Of a DNA stretch of 64,000 nt, positions 1-17,264 are shown in pieces. The position numbers were made by a program, and so were the translations under genes. A model generated the notes under the pieces. The model was not told the DNA's origin. It ran no database searches and saw only the letters and a program-made list of their open reading frames with translations. The stretch comes from Octopus vulgaris (lineage: Eukaryota): assembly GCA_951406725.2 (NCBI GenBank), contig OX597818.1, positions 86,056,001-86,120,000 on the forward strand, written 5' to 3'. How positions within the stretch are numbered: the first letter of the stretch is position 1; the number at the start of each line of letters is the position of its first letter.

Positions 1-299
1 ATTTTTCTATACATTTAAATGAAAATTAGATGGAGACAATGTTTTTCTCTAGATAATCGTTGTTTTTATAATGGCCTTATCATTATATTAGAATGTTCTC
101 GAGTAAGACCGGTTTATAATACAAACTGAATGTTCTTCCTGAAAGCACCGATCTATAGAAATGGTAATTAAGTCGATCATTTATCATCCTTATTATAATT
201 TACGCGACGAAACGTCCAAACATATTTTAATTCACCTTAATCACTTGTTATTTTTCTGTTTATTTTATTTTTTTCTGGTGATGTTTCTTATAGACAAAC

Positions 300-2131
<1,832 letters not shown>

Positions 2132-2190
2132 ATATCTGTCTGCCTGCCTGTCTGTCCGTCTATCTATCTGTCTGTCTATCTATCTGCCTG

Positions 2191-3592
<1,402 letters not shown>

Positions 3593-3593
3593 A

Positions 3594-3646
<53 letters not shown>

Positions 3647-4364
3647 CTCCCCTCTCACCTACTTCCTCCTACCCACATCTCCTCCCTTGCTCTGACTCCT
3701 ACTTCTTCAATTCACACCTACTCTTCTTCTCTCTTCTCTTCACACCTATCCACCTTCTCCTTCACACTCTATCGTCACCTCTTCCTCGTAAGCCCCCCCC
3801 CACACACACACACATTCCACCCCCACTTTCCCTATCCTTCCCCATCCCACCCCACCCCATCTCTTACACCCACTCCCACATACCCGAACTCTACACCCAC
3901 CCTCAGCCTAACCCACAACCAACCCTTGCTTTCCCCATTCTCGCCTCCCCCACCTCCCAACACCCTGACACCACACCACACTCCACTACACCTTATACCA
4001 CCATATCACACAACACATCACAACACAACACACCACCACGCACACATCAGCACTGACCACTTCCTAGACCCGCATTTTCACACCTACATATACACACAGG
4101 CACGCGTACCTTCGTTTTGGGATCACAACTACTTTATTATCTCCCCTTCTCCCTAGCTTTCCTGTGTGACCCCTTTGTCCGGCATTCGCCATGATAGATC
4201 GCTAGCCACTACACATTCTCTATTTTCCCTCCTTGTTTCTTCTGTGGAAGAGCGTAGGCTCGAAACGTTAAAGACTTTTTCACTTCCCTAGCGTTATACT
4301 AATACATCTGTTTGTTGTCTGCACGACCTGTCTTCGTCTTTTGTCTTTTTCTTGTGAATTTCCC

Positions 4365-4366
<2 letters not shown>
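3647..4366 (+). mobile_element. Probable Penelope-like element end with a minimal hammerhead-like motif
   Basis: CTGTGGAA-GAGC-GTAG-GCTC-GAAA-CGTT at about 4242-4269; the element ends at (TA)n. A related copy lies at about 50070-50215. Confidence 0.5.
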
Positions 4367-4404
<38 letters not shown>

Positions 4405-5589
4405 ATAGTATATTACGTATATATACATATATAATGCAAACAGCTAAACGTAACACAGTAGTGAACCTTTCCCACCACTGACCTCCTTTTGATGTTAGAA
4501 ATATTGGTTTCCCAAACAAAGCAAAGTCACAGATTCCACTATGAAGATGTAGACTATAGTCGATTATATCAATTCCAAAACTTGACAGGTACGTATTTTA
4601 TCGATTTCAGAATGATGATAGGCTAAGTCGATTCCAGCTGGATTTGAGGCAAATAACGATGATAAATAAAAAAAAAAAAAGAACAGTAACTCAGAGCTTT
4701 AGAATTCTGTACGTTTGAACTGAGAAAGTTAGCAATAAATATATTGCTATCTTCATACCATAAGATTATTTTTAGTAAACCAGATAACATTATGAAATTG
4801 TTTATGGGTTTATTTTGTGATTATTGCGGTTGTTGATTTTGTTGTTGTTTTGTTGTTTACCCTATATTTTTCGTTATTCCTTTTCAATAGTATCAACCAT
4901 TTCTTTCCCTCCACTTATCTTGAAGATGATATTCTCGTTTGTCTGTTACCTAGTCAACGAGCATACGAACATTTTTGTTTCGTATCTTCATATAAGTATA
5001 TATATATGCATATGTATATGTATACACACACACACACACACGCACGTATGCATGCACTCGCGTGCGCGCACGCACACGCACATTATATATCTATATGTAT
5101 GTATGTAAGTACGTATGTGTGCATGAATGTATGTCATTATTCAGGTTTATTTCAAGATTTCTTGCCTATAGAGAAGGAATCGTTTTCTAACCTAGATTCA
5201 AGGCTCCTACATTGGAATTTCAAGAACACCAACGGGGTATTTTTGCATGTGTGTATGTATGTATGCATGCATGCATGTATGTATGTATGTTTACGTCCAG
5301 TATTTGGAGTCAGTATATGTGAAAATTTGTATGTTTTGTTTTACGTTTGTATTCTCATGCATTTCTAGACATGCGCATATATACTGAAATGACAATTTTC
5401 TGGAAAGTTCTACAGATTTTCACAATTTCAGTGATTGCCTGGACCTGTAGTCTTCGAATCAACTTTCTTCTTTCTTATTTTGAGAAACCTAATTTCTTAA
5501 GATTGGTACTTAAGCAGTGTGTTAGATATCCCAGTGAAACAGGATTAGTAACGCAAGCAGGAGAATAGAATGCAAAACAAAACAAGAGT

Positions 5590-5666
<77 letters not shown>

Positions 5667-6092
5667 AACACACACACATATACACAAACACACATACATA
5701 CCTTATTAATAAATGATAGAAGTTGCAGAGTGACTCAAGAATCGAGAATTTCGTGCATTGGCAGTTTAAGTGGCAATGAACAAAACACACGGCCCTTGAG
5801 TGTGTGTGTGTGTGTGAGTGTGTGTAGATTAGACAGGAAGGAAAACCTGAGAAACGTTGAGTTATATGTTGGCAATATAGAGATAGTGTTGCCTTATCAT
5901 AATATATATAATTAATATATAACTACAAGAGCAATATAACTCACTGTAGAGTTTCTACATTTATAATGGTATTTATAATTAATATACAAGTAATAAAGAC
6001 AAGTTTCTCTCTGCAGTGCTCGCTTAGTTACCATAGTTTCATTATGTGTACGTACATATATATATCACTATATTCCTCACTGTATATGTATA

Positions 6093-6493
6093 TGTGTGGT
6101 AAGTAGCTTGTTTACCAACCACATAGTTCCGGGTTCAGTCCCACTGCATGGCACTTTGGGCAAGTGTCTTCTACTATAGCCTCGGGCCGACCAAAGCCTT
6201 CTGAGTGGATTTGGTAGACGGAAACTGAAAGAAGTCCGTCGTATATATGTATATATATATATATGCGTGTGTGTGTTTGTGTGTCTGTGTTTGTCCCCCT
6301 AGCATTGCTTGACAACCGATGCTGGTTTGTTTATGTCCCCGTTACTTAGCGGTTCGGCAAAAGAGACCGATAGAATAAGTACTGGGCTTACAAAAGAATA
6401 AGTCCCGGGGTCGAGTTGCTCGATTAAAGGCGGTGCTCCAGCATGGCCGCAGTCAAATGACTGAAACAAGTAAAAGAGTAAAAGAGTAAAAGA

Positions 6494-6494
<1 letters not shown>
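6093..6494 (+). mobile_element. tRNA-derived bipartite SINE (family A) with an internal (TA)n(TG)n spacer and a (GTAAAAGA)n tail
   Basis: A-box-like TGTGTGGTAAG, B-box-like GGTTCAGTCCC, CORE-like TTGGGCAAGTGTCTT. Many homologous copies occur in the window. Confidence 0.85.
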
Positions 6495-6543
<49 letters not shown>

Positions 6544-7025
6544 TAAATTAGAGATAAAACCACTATTAGGCAAATCAAACAGGGAAAATCATAAGCCAAT
6601 ACATAGAAAAAAATTAATTAAAAAAATATAAAATATACATATAAAAAATATAAAATATAAAATTCCAAATTAAAATATTTAAATTAAAGTTAAAATACTA
6701 TTTATCTTATATTAAACTTTTAATACTTTTTGATAGTTATATAATTTACAAAAATAAAAAAATAAAAAATAAATAAAATAAAATAATAAAATAATAAAAT
6801 TTAAAAAAATTATAATATATATATATATATATTTAAAATTTATAACTTTAAATTATTTAAATAATTTAAAAAATTTCAACTTTAATTTAAATATTTTAAT
6901 TTGGAATTTTATATTTTATATTTTTTATATTTATACTTTATATTTTTTTAATTAATTTTTTTCTATGTATTGGATTATGATTTTCACTGTTTGATTTGCC
7001 TAATAGTGGCTTTATCTCTAATTTA
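6544..7025. repeat. AT-rich inverted repeat with ~150-bp arms
   Basis: 6544-6691 is the reverse complement of 6878-7025 with few mismatches (e.g. CCACTATTAGGCAAATCAAACAG / CTGTTTGATTTGCCTAATAGTGG). Confidence 0.85.
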
Positions 7026-7103
7026 ATATAATATATATTTATACTATAAAATTGGATTTAATCCTAAATCTAATTTTTCCCTGTAAGTTTGAATTTACTC
7101 CCT

Positions 7104-7132
<29 letters not shown>

Positions 7133-7134
<2 letters not shown>

Positions 7135-8391
7135 AGGGTTGGATAAAATAATGGAAACGCCTTAAAATTTCAAGTAAATTTATTTTAAAATGGGGCAGGA
7201 CCACATTTGGCAGTAATTACAGCTTGAATCCTACAAGGTGTGGACTCGTACAAAGTTTGAATTTTTCACAAAGGAATTTTTGTCCATTCTTCAGCTGAAA
7301 CAGTCTTCAGTTCTTGTAGTGATGATGGTGGAGGATATCAACTCTTTATTTGTTTTTCAAAAATCCACCATAAATGTTTGATAATATTGAAATCTGGGGA
7401 CTGTGGTGGCCAAATAAGATGTTCAACTTCACTAGAATGTACCTCGTGCCATTCAGTAACAACTCTAGCTGTGTGAATTGGTGCATTATCATTCTGAAAG
7501 ACTGCGTTTCCCCCCGGAAACAGCTCCGCAACCATAGGATGAATTTGATCAGATAAAATGCTTAAATAGTGTTGACTATTAATTCTGCCATGAAGGGAAA
7601 CCATTGGGCCGGCGGATTTCCAAGATATATCCCCTCACCAGATCATTACAGATCCTCCTCCATGCTTAACAGTTGGTAGAAGGCAGTCTGGGTCAAATGA
7701 TTCTTTTGGCTGACTCCACACATATATTCGGCCGGTGGTCGGAAATAAGGTAAAGGATTACTCGTCCGAGAAAATAACATTCTTCCACTGCTCTAGGGAC
7801 AAGTTGTGTAGGTTTTTACTCCACTCTAAACGCTTTGCAACGTAGTGGTTTTCTGATTGCAGCCCTCCTTGAAATCCGGCTTTGCGCAGCTGCCGGCGAA
7901 CAGTTTTTGTGGAAACAGGGTTGTCGAGGTGTACATTAAGCTCTGCAGTAACTTTGGGAACTGTACTTTTGTGATACTATCCAACAATTCGCGTAAGAGT
8001 CCGACGGTCCTTATCTAAAAGTTTTGGTTTTCTTCCGGAGTTTTGTTTCGACGAGGAGGTTTTTCCCTCTTTCGTAAAGTCTGTCATTACTTTCGAGACA
8101 TTACTTCTTAATAAACCAAACATTTCGGCTGTTTTCGTTACGCTAGCGCCTGCCATACGAGCACCAGCAATTTGACCTCTTTGAAAGTCCGATAGATCTG
8201 TCATTTTAATGAATTTTAATTACCTTTTTCTGATGATATCTGAAAAGAAACAGCAATTTTAGCAAAATATATTAAGCAACACTAATAATAAATAAAAAAA
8301 ACATAAACATAAAGAAGCTTTTGACGGTTTTAAAGATATTTCAAAATTATGATGCTATGGTGCTAGGTGTTTCCCTTATTTTGTCCAACCC

Positions 8392-8394
<3 letters not shown>
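7133..8394 (-). mobile_element. Full-length Tc1-type transposon, DD36E (Incomer-like), decayed
   Basis: ~30-bp TIRs (CAAGGGTTGGATAAAATAATGGAAACGCCT / AGGTGTTTCCCTTATTTTGTCCAACCCCTG) with TA on both sides; length 1262 bp. Confidence 0.9.
7185..8204 (-). pseudogene. Tc1-family transposase pseudogene
   Basis: MTDLSDFQRGQIAGARMAGASVTKTA..SGRKPKL; VIFSDE; FQNDNAPIHTA...WPPQSPDFNII(K)HLW; RIQAVITAKCGP. In-frame stops are present, and the catalytic E has become K. Confidence 0.9.
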
Positions 8395-8471
<77 letters not shown>

Positions 8472-8548
8472 TTTGATACTTTGATAGGTTTGATGTCTAA
8501 CTTTAGCATACCTGGTAATAAAAAGGATCCACGTATATATATATATCC

Positions 8549-8634
<86 letters not shown>

Positions 8635-9222
8635 GTGCGTGCGTGTGTGTCACTCTATATAATGTAAAACAAGGATACGTTATATTATCAATACAGAACT
8701 ACCAGATAAACTACATACATACGTACATACATACAAACAAACAGACATATGATGATCGCTTCATCCTGTCAGATGATAGCCGTTTGATATTCAGCCTGAC
8801 TGCTCTGATTTACTCTGATTTGCACAACACAGATCCGTCGCCAGTGTACATTATAAAATACAAAACGGACCAAGAAATGAAATAATGGCGAGACATCTGT
8901 ACGTCATTGGATTTAAGTGTCCAAAGCTTGTACAACACTTTTATCACTCCAAACATTGCAAGGTGACTGGTACTATTTTGACTGCAAGTTTTATAGTAGA
9001 ATATCTTTCCTATGAAGAGTTGCCTTCTCTTTTCTATTTTGTCAAAAGTAACGAGAGCTTTCTCTATCCTTGGGAAATCTATTTAACTCATAGATGGGAC
9101 CCTGATATGTACTAGCGTTCTGGGTCAGAAGGGAGCTAGGACTCCACACAATGTGTATATGTCTATCCGCCCCCTCTGTCTGTCTATTTATCCGTCTGTC
9201 TGTCTGTCCGTCCGTCTGTCTG

Positions 9223-9269
<47 letters not shown>

Positions 9270-9500
9270 GCCGGAAAATCTTATGGTGGTTGCTTCTGAT
9301 AGGACCCTATGGTGGAGGTACCTCCACAACTGTTTGAGAGATAGTAAATAGAGAAGATGGATGGATACGTTATCAAGAGTATCCTTTTATTGTTTGAAGG
9401 TGACATGTTGTTACATGAGGATGATCTAGCTATTATTTTTTGCCGTTGGATTGACGTATTTTCTTTTCTCATAAAGCTTGAAAAAAAGCTTCTTACATAA

Positions 9501-9760
9501 GCCTGAATTTTTGCATTTATAGGATAAAAGAATAGAGACGTTCTACTTTATTCTGCATTTTCACATCGTTAGAATAAAGGAATGGTAATATTGTACCGTA
9601 TTTTGTAATTTCACATTGCTAGAATAAAGGAATAGTGGTATTGTACTTTATTCTGTTATTTTACATCAATAGAATTATAGAATTAGGTTCTTACTTCATA
9701 TTCAGTCATTTTAGTGCGAGAGGATATAGGAATTGGGACATTTATGCACATTCTGTAAAA
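9501..9760. repeat. Degenerate 50-bp minisatellite, about 5 units
   Basis: The motif TT(C)ACAT..TAGAATAAAGGAAT..TTGTACTTTATTCTG recurs at 9511, 9561, 9611, 9661 and 9711. Confidence 0.7.
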
Positions 9761-11247
9761 TATAGAAACTGACTTGGCTGTTCCGTCTGCAGCGAATTCA
9801 CTGCTGCCTAACAGCATTTACTTCAAGAATGTTCGATACGTATTTGATATAAGACGATAAGTATTTGATATAAATCAATACATATAAATATATAAATAAT
9901 ATAAATATATAAATAAATTCAGTTTAAAACGGACAAGAAACTAATATGAACTGACTGGAGAAATGAGAGTTTCGAGTGAGAATTTTGTGAGAAAATAGTT
10001 GAAAAACTGGAATGATTTAGCAGAATTACTTTAATTCACACAAAAATATAAATGAATAATAAAAGAAAGCTAAAATATTAACAATATCCATTCTTGGATA
10101 GATACAAGACATAAAAATACCGTTTCCACGGTAACAAGAAGCTCTTCTAATTATCATGTCAATTCCTGTATTGCTATTGTCTTTGAAATAATTAGCGAGA
10201 ACAAACACTAATTCGTTATTTTATCAGAATTGTACTTTCAATTTTATCTAAAAAGCTTCTCGATTAACCTTAATAATTTTCCCCATTTTAGTTTAACATT
10301 TTAAAAATTTTGATTGACTAAAAAGTTCTTCAAGTAGCCATAAAAGGCAAAAACGAAAAAAAAAAAAGGTAAAAGAAAAAGAATTTTTAAAGAACTGTAA
10401 AAGCAATTTAGAATCACTGCATTCGTTTAGCTAATATTAATCTCTTGACTCACGTCTTTCCTCTCTGCAATTTATAGACGAGTATTATTTTATTTTTGAT
10501 TTTAAAAAGAAAAAGAAATGCAACAGAAAAAGAAACACAAATAAGAAAAAAAAATGTTTATCCGCTCTGTCTTGATGGCAGCAACTTGTGCATTCATTTC
10601 ATTAACGTATTAATTTGACATTTAAATTACTTCAAGATATTTTTCTTCTCTTTCTCTCCGTCCATCTCTCCCTTCCACCATCCTCCTCTATCTCAGTCCT
10701 TTTCTCCTTCTCTTTTTCTTTCTCTCAGTCAAGATTTAAAATAACGTTTACATTGTAAAAGACTTTATCTTTAAAATACGTCTTTTCGCCCTCTAGTTTA
10801 ATGAAAACCATACGATTTCTGTATAAATGATTTTGATAAAATTATATTTATCTAATATGTCAAATACAAAATTTTGGAATCGAAGGAATTAATTATTCTT
10901 AGTCATGACCCCAAAACAGCCTCAGACTAGAGCTGAAGATTTGCAACATGTTCATTCTTTGAAGTTTTACACCACGTGGACATGTCATGTCACATAACTT
11001 CCTCAAACTCTCGTTTTTCTATGACTGTTACTTACGTTCATATTATATGAGACTTGTATGGATTTGACATGCAGAGACGTGGCATTATGGTTGGAAGTTT
11101 TCATCTCAGCTACATATTTTCTGGTTCAGTTCTACTGCGTGGCACCTTGGATATGTATCGTCAACGATATAACCGTGAGCTGATCGAAAGCATTCTAAGT
11201 GGATTCGGTAGAGGGAAATTTCAGGCTTTGTGCCTATAGTAGAAAAG

Positions 11248-11303
<56 letters not shown>

Positions 11304-11362
11304 CATTATTATCATTCTTCTTGTTCTTGTTCTTGTTCTTGTTCTTGTTCTTCTTGTTCTTC

Positions 11363-11394
<32 letters not shown>

Positions 11395-11418
11395 CTTCTT
11401 CTTCTTCTTCTTCTTCTT

Positions 11419-11493
<75 letters not shown>

Positions 11494-11508
11494 GTTATTA
11501 TTATTGTG

Positions 11509-11765
11509 GAGGCGCGTGGCTTAGTGGTTAGGGTGTCAACATCATGATCATAAGATTGTGGTTTCGATTCCTGGACCTGGGGAAACCCGTTGTGTTCTTG
11601 AGCAAAACACTTAATTTCACGTTGCTCCAGTCCACTCAGCTGACAAAAATGAGTAACGCTGTGATGGTCTGGCGTCCCGTCCAGCTGGGGGAACAAATGC
11701 GCCATTGAAACCGGGAAAACGGGCCCATGAGTCTGGCTAGGCTTTAAAAGGGCGCATTTATTTAT
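11509..11765 (+). mobile_element. tRNA-derived CORE-type SINE with a V-domain-like segment
   Basis: A box TGGCTTAGTGG, B box GGTTTCGATTCC, CORE-like TGTGTTCTTGAGCAAAACACTTA, and V-like GATGGTCTGGCGTCCCGTCCAG. Confidence 0.75.
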
Positions 11766-11790
11766 TTTATCATCATCATCATCATCATCA

Positions 11791-11906
<116 letters not shown>

Positions 11907-11926
11907 TGTTGTTGTTGTAGCAGTAG

Positions 11927-12295
11927 TTTTTCTTCCTTCAATTTTGTTTCAGTTTCTAGCCGCGTGTCTTCTCGAAACTTAGGGCAAAGAAATTCACTTC
12001 CTACAAATTCAAATGATGTTATGTAGTTAAAAAATATTTACATGCAAGGTAATCTTTCTCACAACGCAAGTGTTTTTCTCTATACGCGTGACGTACCAGT
12101 TAAAGCAATCTTTTAGACTTCTTGCAGGGATGGTATACCTAAATATTTTTTAGTTTCTTTATTTATTATCGTTATTTATTATCGCTTCCGCAGTCACTGT
12201 TATTACAACTGCCTTGAGATGTCACATTTTTCAATTTCATTGAGCAAATCTTAATATTCTCTGACATTGTCAAATTCATTAACCGCAATATTATT
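11927..12295 (-). mobile_element. 3' remnant of an R4/Dong-like (RLE) non-LTR retrotransposon
   Basis: The minus strand reads EY*DLLNEIEK..LGIPSLQEV*KIALTGTSRV*RKTLAL*. It ends at a (TAC/TAA)n array. Confidence 0.65.
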
Positions 12296-12742
12296 ATCAT
12301 AGGGCATCAAGGCTATTACATACTGATTTAATTAGCAATAATGCTATCCTGATGTTTCCTGACAACAAATCTTCCCAAATGTCAAGAATTTTTCTCAGAA
12401 TTCTTGCAGTACACAAAATGACACTTTTCTGCCGATCGACAACACGAGCTTCAATTCCAATATCATACTGCCTCTTAGGTAGCATTGTGGGTGTCGTGTC
12501 AAGTGCACAAATCACCATGGTAACAGTTGTAAGCTTGGTGTTCCACAATATCTTCATCTATTTGGCAAGGTCTTGATATTTCTAAATTTTCCAAAATTTA
12601 TTTCATATCCACTCTGTGATTATATGGTATTGCAAAGTCTATGATCTTTCATCGTTTGTTTTTTTCTGTTTTTTTCTTTCTCCCATCATATCTGGTCTTC
12701 TTGATTCAATAGTATGGTCGGTCTTTGTGGAGAAATCCCATT
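12296..12742 (-). mobile_element. 3' remnant of a second R4/Dong-like element (RLE endonuclease domain)
   Basis: WDFSTKTDHTIESRRPD..KIIDFAIP..KYQDLAK..ILW..QKSVILCTARILRKIL matches the RPD/IIDxAIP/KYxDL signature. Short TAA tail. Confidence 0.8.
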
Positions 12743-12806
12743 AATCACCACCACCACCACCACCACCAATCATCATCATCATCCTCCCCATCATCATCAT
12801 CATCAG

Positions 12807-12856
<50 letters not shown>

Positions 12857-12943
12857 CCCTTCTTCTTCTTCTTCTTCTTATTGTTATTATTATTATTATT
12901 ATTGAAATCATCATCATCAATATCATCATCATTGTCACCGTCG

Positions 12944-12977
<34 letters not shown>

Positions 12978-13035
12978 TTAATATCATTATTGTTGTTACT
13001 GTTGTCGTCATAGTTGCTGCTACTTTATTTTATAC

Positions 13036-13067
<32 letters not shown>

Positions 13068-13416
13068 TAGAATACATGTATACTGTATAAGTAAAGAAAC
13101 CTATAGAAAATTCTATACAATAGAAAAACCTATACACTATAGATATCCTATATTGCATATTATCATGACTTATAAACGTAGCAGGATTATTTCCTGACTA
13201 CATTATACACTGCTCCCAACGAAATACACACATATGGAGATTTCATAATAACGCATTATATATCACACTGTAGAATACCACATTCATAGTAACAATATAT
13301 AATGCCGTTATTTATAACATGCTATAGCAGTGCATACATATTATCTGTATTAGCCTCTCCCTCTGCCTCTCTCTCTCCCCCTTTATATGCTGTATATGCA
13401 TATTTGGATGCGTATG

Positions 13417-13469
<53 letters not shown>

Positions 13470-13579
13470 GTATATGCATGTGTGTGTGTGCGCGTGTGTA
13501 TATATGTGCGTACGTGAAGTGTGTGAATAGAATATTTTAAGTATGTGGATACAAGCGTAGGAGTGCTTTTATATCGGTT

Positions 13580-13659
<80 letters not shown>

Positions 13660-13875
13660 GCACACAGATAAATAGATAGATAGAGAGAAATATATATATA
13701 GAGATAGAGAGACAGACAGACAGAGGTATATGCAATTGTAAGCTATATATATATATGAAATATAATGTATATTTTCACGCATATTGTGTGTGGTATATAT
13801 ACTATTTATTCATGCATATACACATTCATGTATGCATATATGCACATTTATATATATATGTACATACATACTTTC

Positions 13876-13922
<47 letters not shown>

Positions 13923-14611
13923 CATGGGCATAATTGCATATAAACATGTATATACATGTGTGTGTGAGTATATATATGTATATATATGTATGTACGTATA
14001 TATATATAAGTATATATATATATGCCTGTGTGTGTATATGTATATATATCAATGAATACATACATGCATGCATATATGAATATATATGTATGTACATATG
14101 TATAAATGTATATATGATTATGTATGAAGCATATATAATATGGTACACTGGGACTCGTGTATACGTTGTAATATAAACACATAAATATGAGACGCCATAA
14201 TTTATTTATATTTTCAGCTACTTACTTTCTGGTGTGTTTATTGAATTACAAGTGTGATGCTCCACTTTAAGATAGCTAAAACACAGAAGATAACTCTTCA
14301 AGTCTGTTTACTATCAGTGACTATGGCATTAGATTATTGAGCGTAAAATACAAACTTCTAACAAAGACACAATGTACTTCTGATTATTATTATTGTTGTT
14401 GTTGTTGTTTGTTTGGTCTACACGAATTTATATTGGCAAATTACATCTATTCCATAATAATTTTCATAGAGAGAAGGAGATTAGCTCAATAATAGGCAGT
14501 ACAGGCATCGAAGCTCTTTTGTGAATGCTTGTAGTAATGACTGGGCATCGAATCTCCTTTCATTTTTTGTCTAATATTTCTGTGAAGGAGAGGTGGCTTT
14601 ACGAGGCCCAA

Positions 14612-14680
<69 letters not shown>

Positions 14681-15049
14681 TGTATGTATGTATGTACGTA
14701 CATACATACATACATACATATATATATTGCTATGTTAATGCAAAAAGGAAAACTAGAACTCAAAATATGAGTTATATGAATATATTTTTTATTAATGTTT
14801 AGAAGTAACAGAATGATTCACGGTCTGAGAGTTACATGAGTTGGCTCTTTCCAAACTAGTTAAAGGTCAAAGACCTGTGAGTTATGTCGTTCAATAAGCA
14901 AACACATAGATAAATAAGTAAAGATATAGAGAAAAAAGAAAAAAAAAACTTCTGCGTTTTATCACATACACACGCAAACATACACACACACACCAAAACC
15001 CCCACAAATTTCGCACACATATTCTTTTGTACTCGATTCTTTTCTACGC

Positions 15050-15190
15050 AACTGGTACTTAATTTATAGACCCGAAAGGATGAAAGGCAAAGTCGACCTC
15101 GGCGGAATTCGAACTCAGAACGTAATGACCAGACGAAATACTGCTAAGCATTTCTCCAGGCGTGCTAATGTTTCTGGCAGCTCACCGCGT
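15050..15190 (-). mobile_element. SINE family B fragment (tRNA head + Meta-like domain)
   Basis: Reverse complement of GACTTTGCCTTTCATCCTTTCGGGTC and of the head; homologous to 55880-56120. Confidence 0.8.
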
Positions 15191-15683
15191 TCTTTCGCAC
15201 ACACATGTATGGGAGAAAGTGTGTATGAATTATGCGTATATGGTAAATATATATATATATATATATATACTAGCTGAAAGCCCGCCCTGCGAGCTCTTAT
15301 GTGTTGGTCACTTGATTATATTTTGACATTTGATTCTCAATTCTAATATTTTTATGATATTTTACCTCTAATTATTTCGTTGTATAATAGTGCTCACTTG
15401 CTTAGTAAATATTGCATTCATTATTTTATCACAGTCATAATCTCTCTCTTTTAATCAAACACCAAGGTAGTTCAACTACGTTTAGTGTTAAAAAAAATAG
15501 CAGTCATCACACAGAGATATTATAATACCTACAGCGTATCAAATAGCCATAGCAAAAAATTAACTCGATAGTTCTTAGATAAGGACGGAAATGAAATTAG
15601 TCACATAAGTTGGAAGCCTCAGTAAGTTTTAACAAGTTGATCAATATAATTTTTTCGGGAGAGAGAGAGAGAGAGAGAGAAAG

Positions 15684-15749
<66 letters not shown>

Positions 15750-15860
15750 ACGCTAAATGAAAAGGAAACATTTCGCCAGAACATAATATTGTTTATCAAA
15801 TGTTAAAACCTACTCTGCAGAAAACGTAAAGCTTCACAGCCAATATATAAATTTGTGATA

Positions 15861-16454
15861 TCTATATATATAAAACTCAACTTGTGTGTCTGTGTTTGTA
15901 TATGTGTGTGTGTCTGTGTGTTTAACTTCCCGGCACATCTCCTTCTAGCCAACAAATCGTAGAACCACCCAAAATGGGTCACTTAAAGTTCAGGCGAATG
16001 AAAATTGAACTGCGCTATTTCTGTTCCGAAATTCATCTCGCAAGTGCAAAAATCGATAATGTGTTTGTTTAGGCCTTATCCCATGCATTGAATAGTGAAC
16101 TTTACTCAGTCAGCTGTTTGACGTGAACTGTGTTCACCACGCGTGTAAGCATGCGTAAATTGCATGAAAAATGCCCCAGCATGGCCACAGCTCATTAGCT
16201 GAAACTAGAAAAATCAAAATCAAAAATCAAAATCAAATATAAAAACGAATCGCCGTAAACATTGTAGAAATTCGCCAAAGAAATAAATTTTCAGGGTGTA
16301 GCCTGGAGGGTTTTTTCGTATTAATCGTTTGGACTTTGTGAACACATACCAATTGTTTTCATAACATTTTTAACGTTTTGAATTAAATGTGACCATTTAA
16401 TTAATTCGCGCGTGCATAGAACGCACGAGCGCACGAGCCGGACAATACTGCTAG
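15861..16454 (+). mobile_element. Non-autonomous Helitron (inner)
   Basis: A|TCTATATATATAAAA start, internal GT-rich repeat, subterminal hairpin CGCGCGTGC..GCACGAGCG (16407-16431), CTAG|T end, no TSD. Confidence 0.75.
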
Positions 16455-17264
16455 TTAAATATTAAAAGACGCTTCGAAACTGCCTTTTTATCGATATATA
16501 TCAACAGAGGAATTTATTAAAATTTTCCAGAGTGTCAAACCTATAAAAGCTCCTTAAGAACTATCTCGTACCGAATATTTACATTTGTGAACTTGAAGTA
16601 TTCAATAATAAAAGGAAGTTCAGAAAGTAAATTTTATTGAAAACTTCAATTTATAAAAAATAGCAGCGATCACATAATTATTATTGTAAGGCGTATAACT
16701 TTCCAAACAGTCATACTAGCAAAATCACTTTTTAATTTAAAAAAAAATTATACCAGTGTATTAAAAAAATTCTATTTTATTAAAAATATTCATTTAACAA
16801 ACTTCGGAAACTGATATTATTCTTGAAATTGTGCCTCGTATCATATGCTTCAAAGTTATAGAACTATTTTGTCTAATAGCATTCATTCAATGAATAATTT
16901 TTACATTACGTATATAGAATAAACTGTGGGTTTTACAAATAGCGAATTAAAACTTGAAATGAAAACATTGAAATGAATATATATTAAATTATCATGAATG
17001 AAAATAGAGGCGAGAGAGAGTGAGAGACTGTTGTAAATGAATAAGTGTTTATTAAACATTAAAATCTACTCTGCAATGAATGCAACGAATATTTAAATTT
17101 GTAAAAAACTTGTGGTTCAAATATTCAATAAACTTCAGAAATCGAATTTAGAGGAAATTTTTTGGGACATTGATTTATAAAAAAATTCCAGCTTGTGAAG
17201 CTTTTAATAATTGCTTTCTTTTAATAACTATTACATACTTAATTAATAAGCAGATTTCTCCATT

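Noticed and set aside
160-225. Hammerhead at GTCG..CGAC-GAAACGTC
   Set aside because: No recognisable CTGANGA core or stem I.
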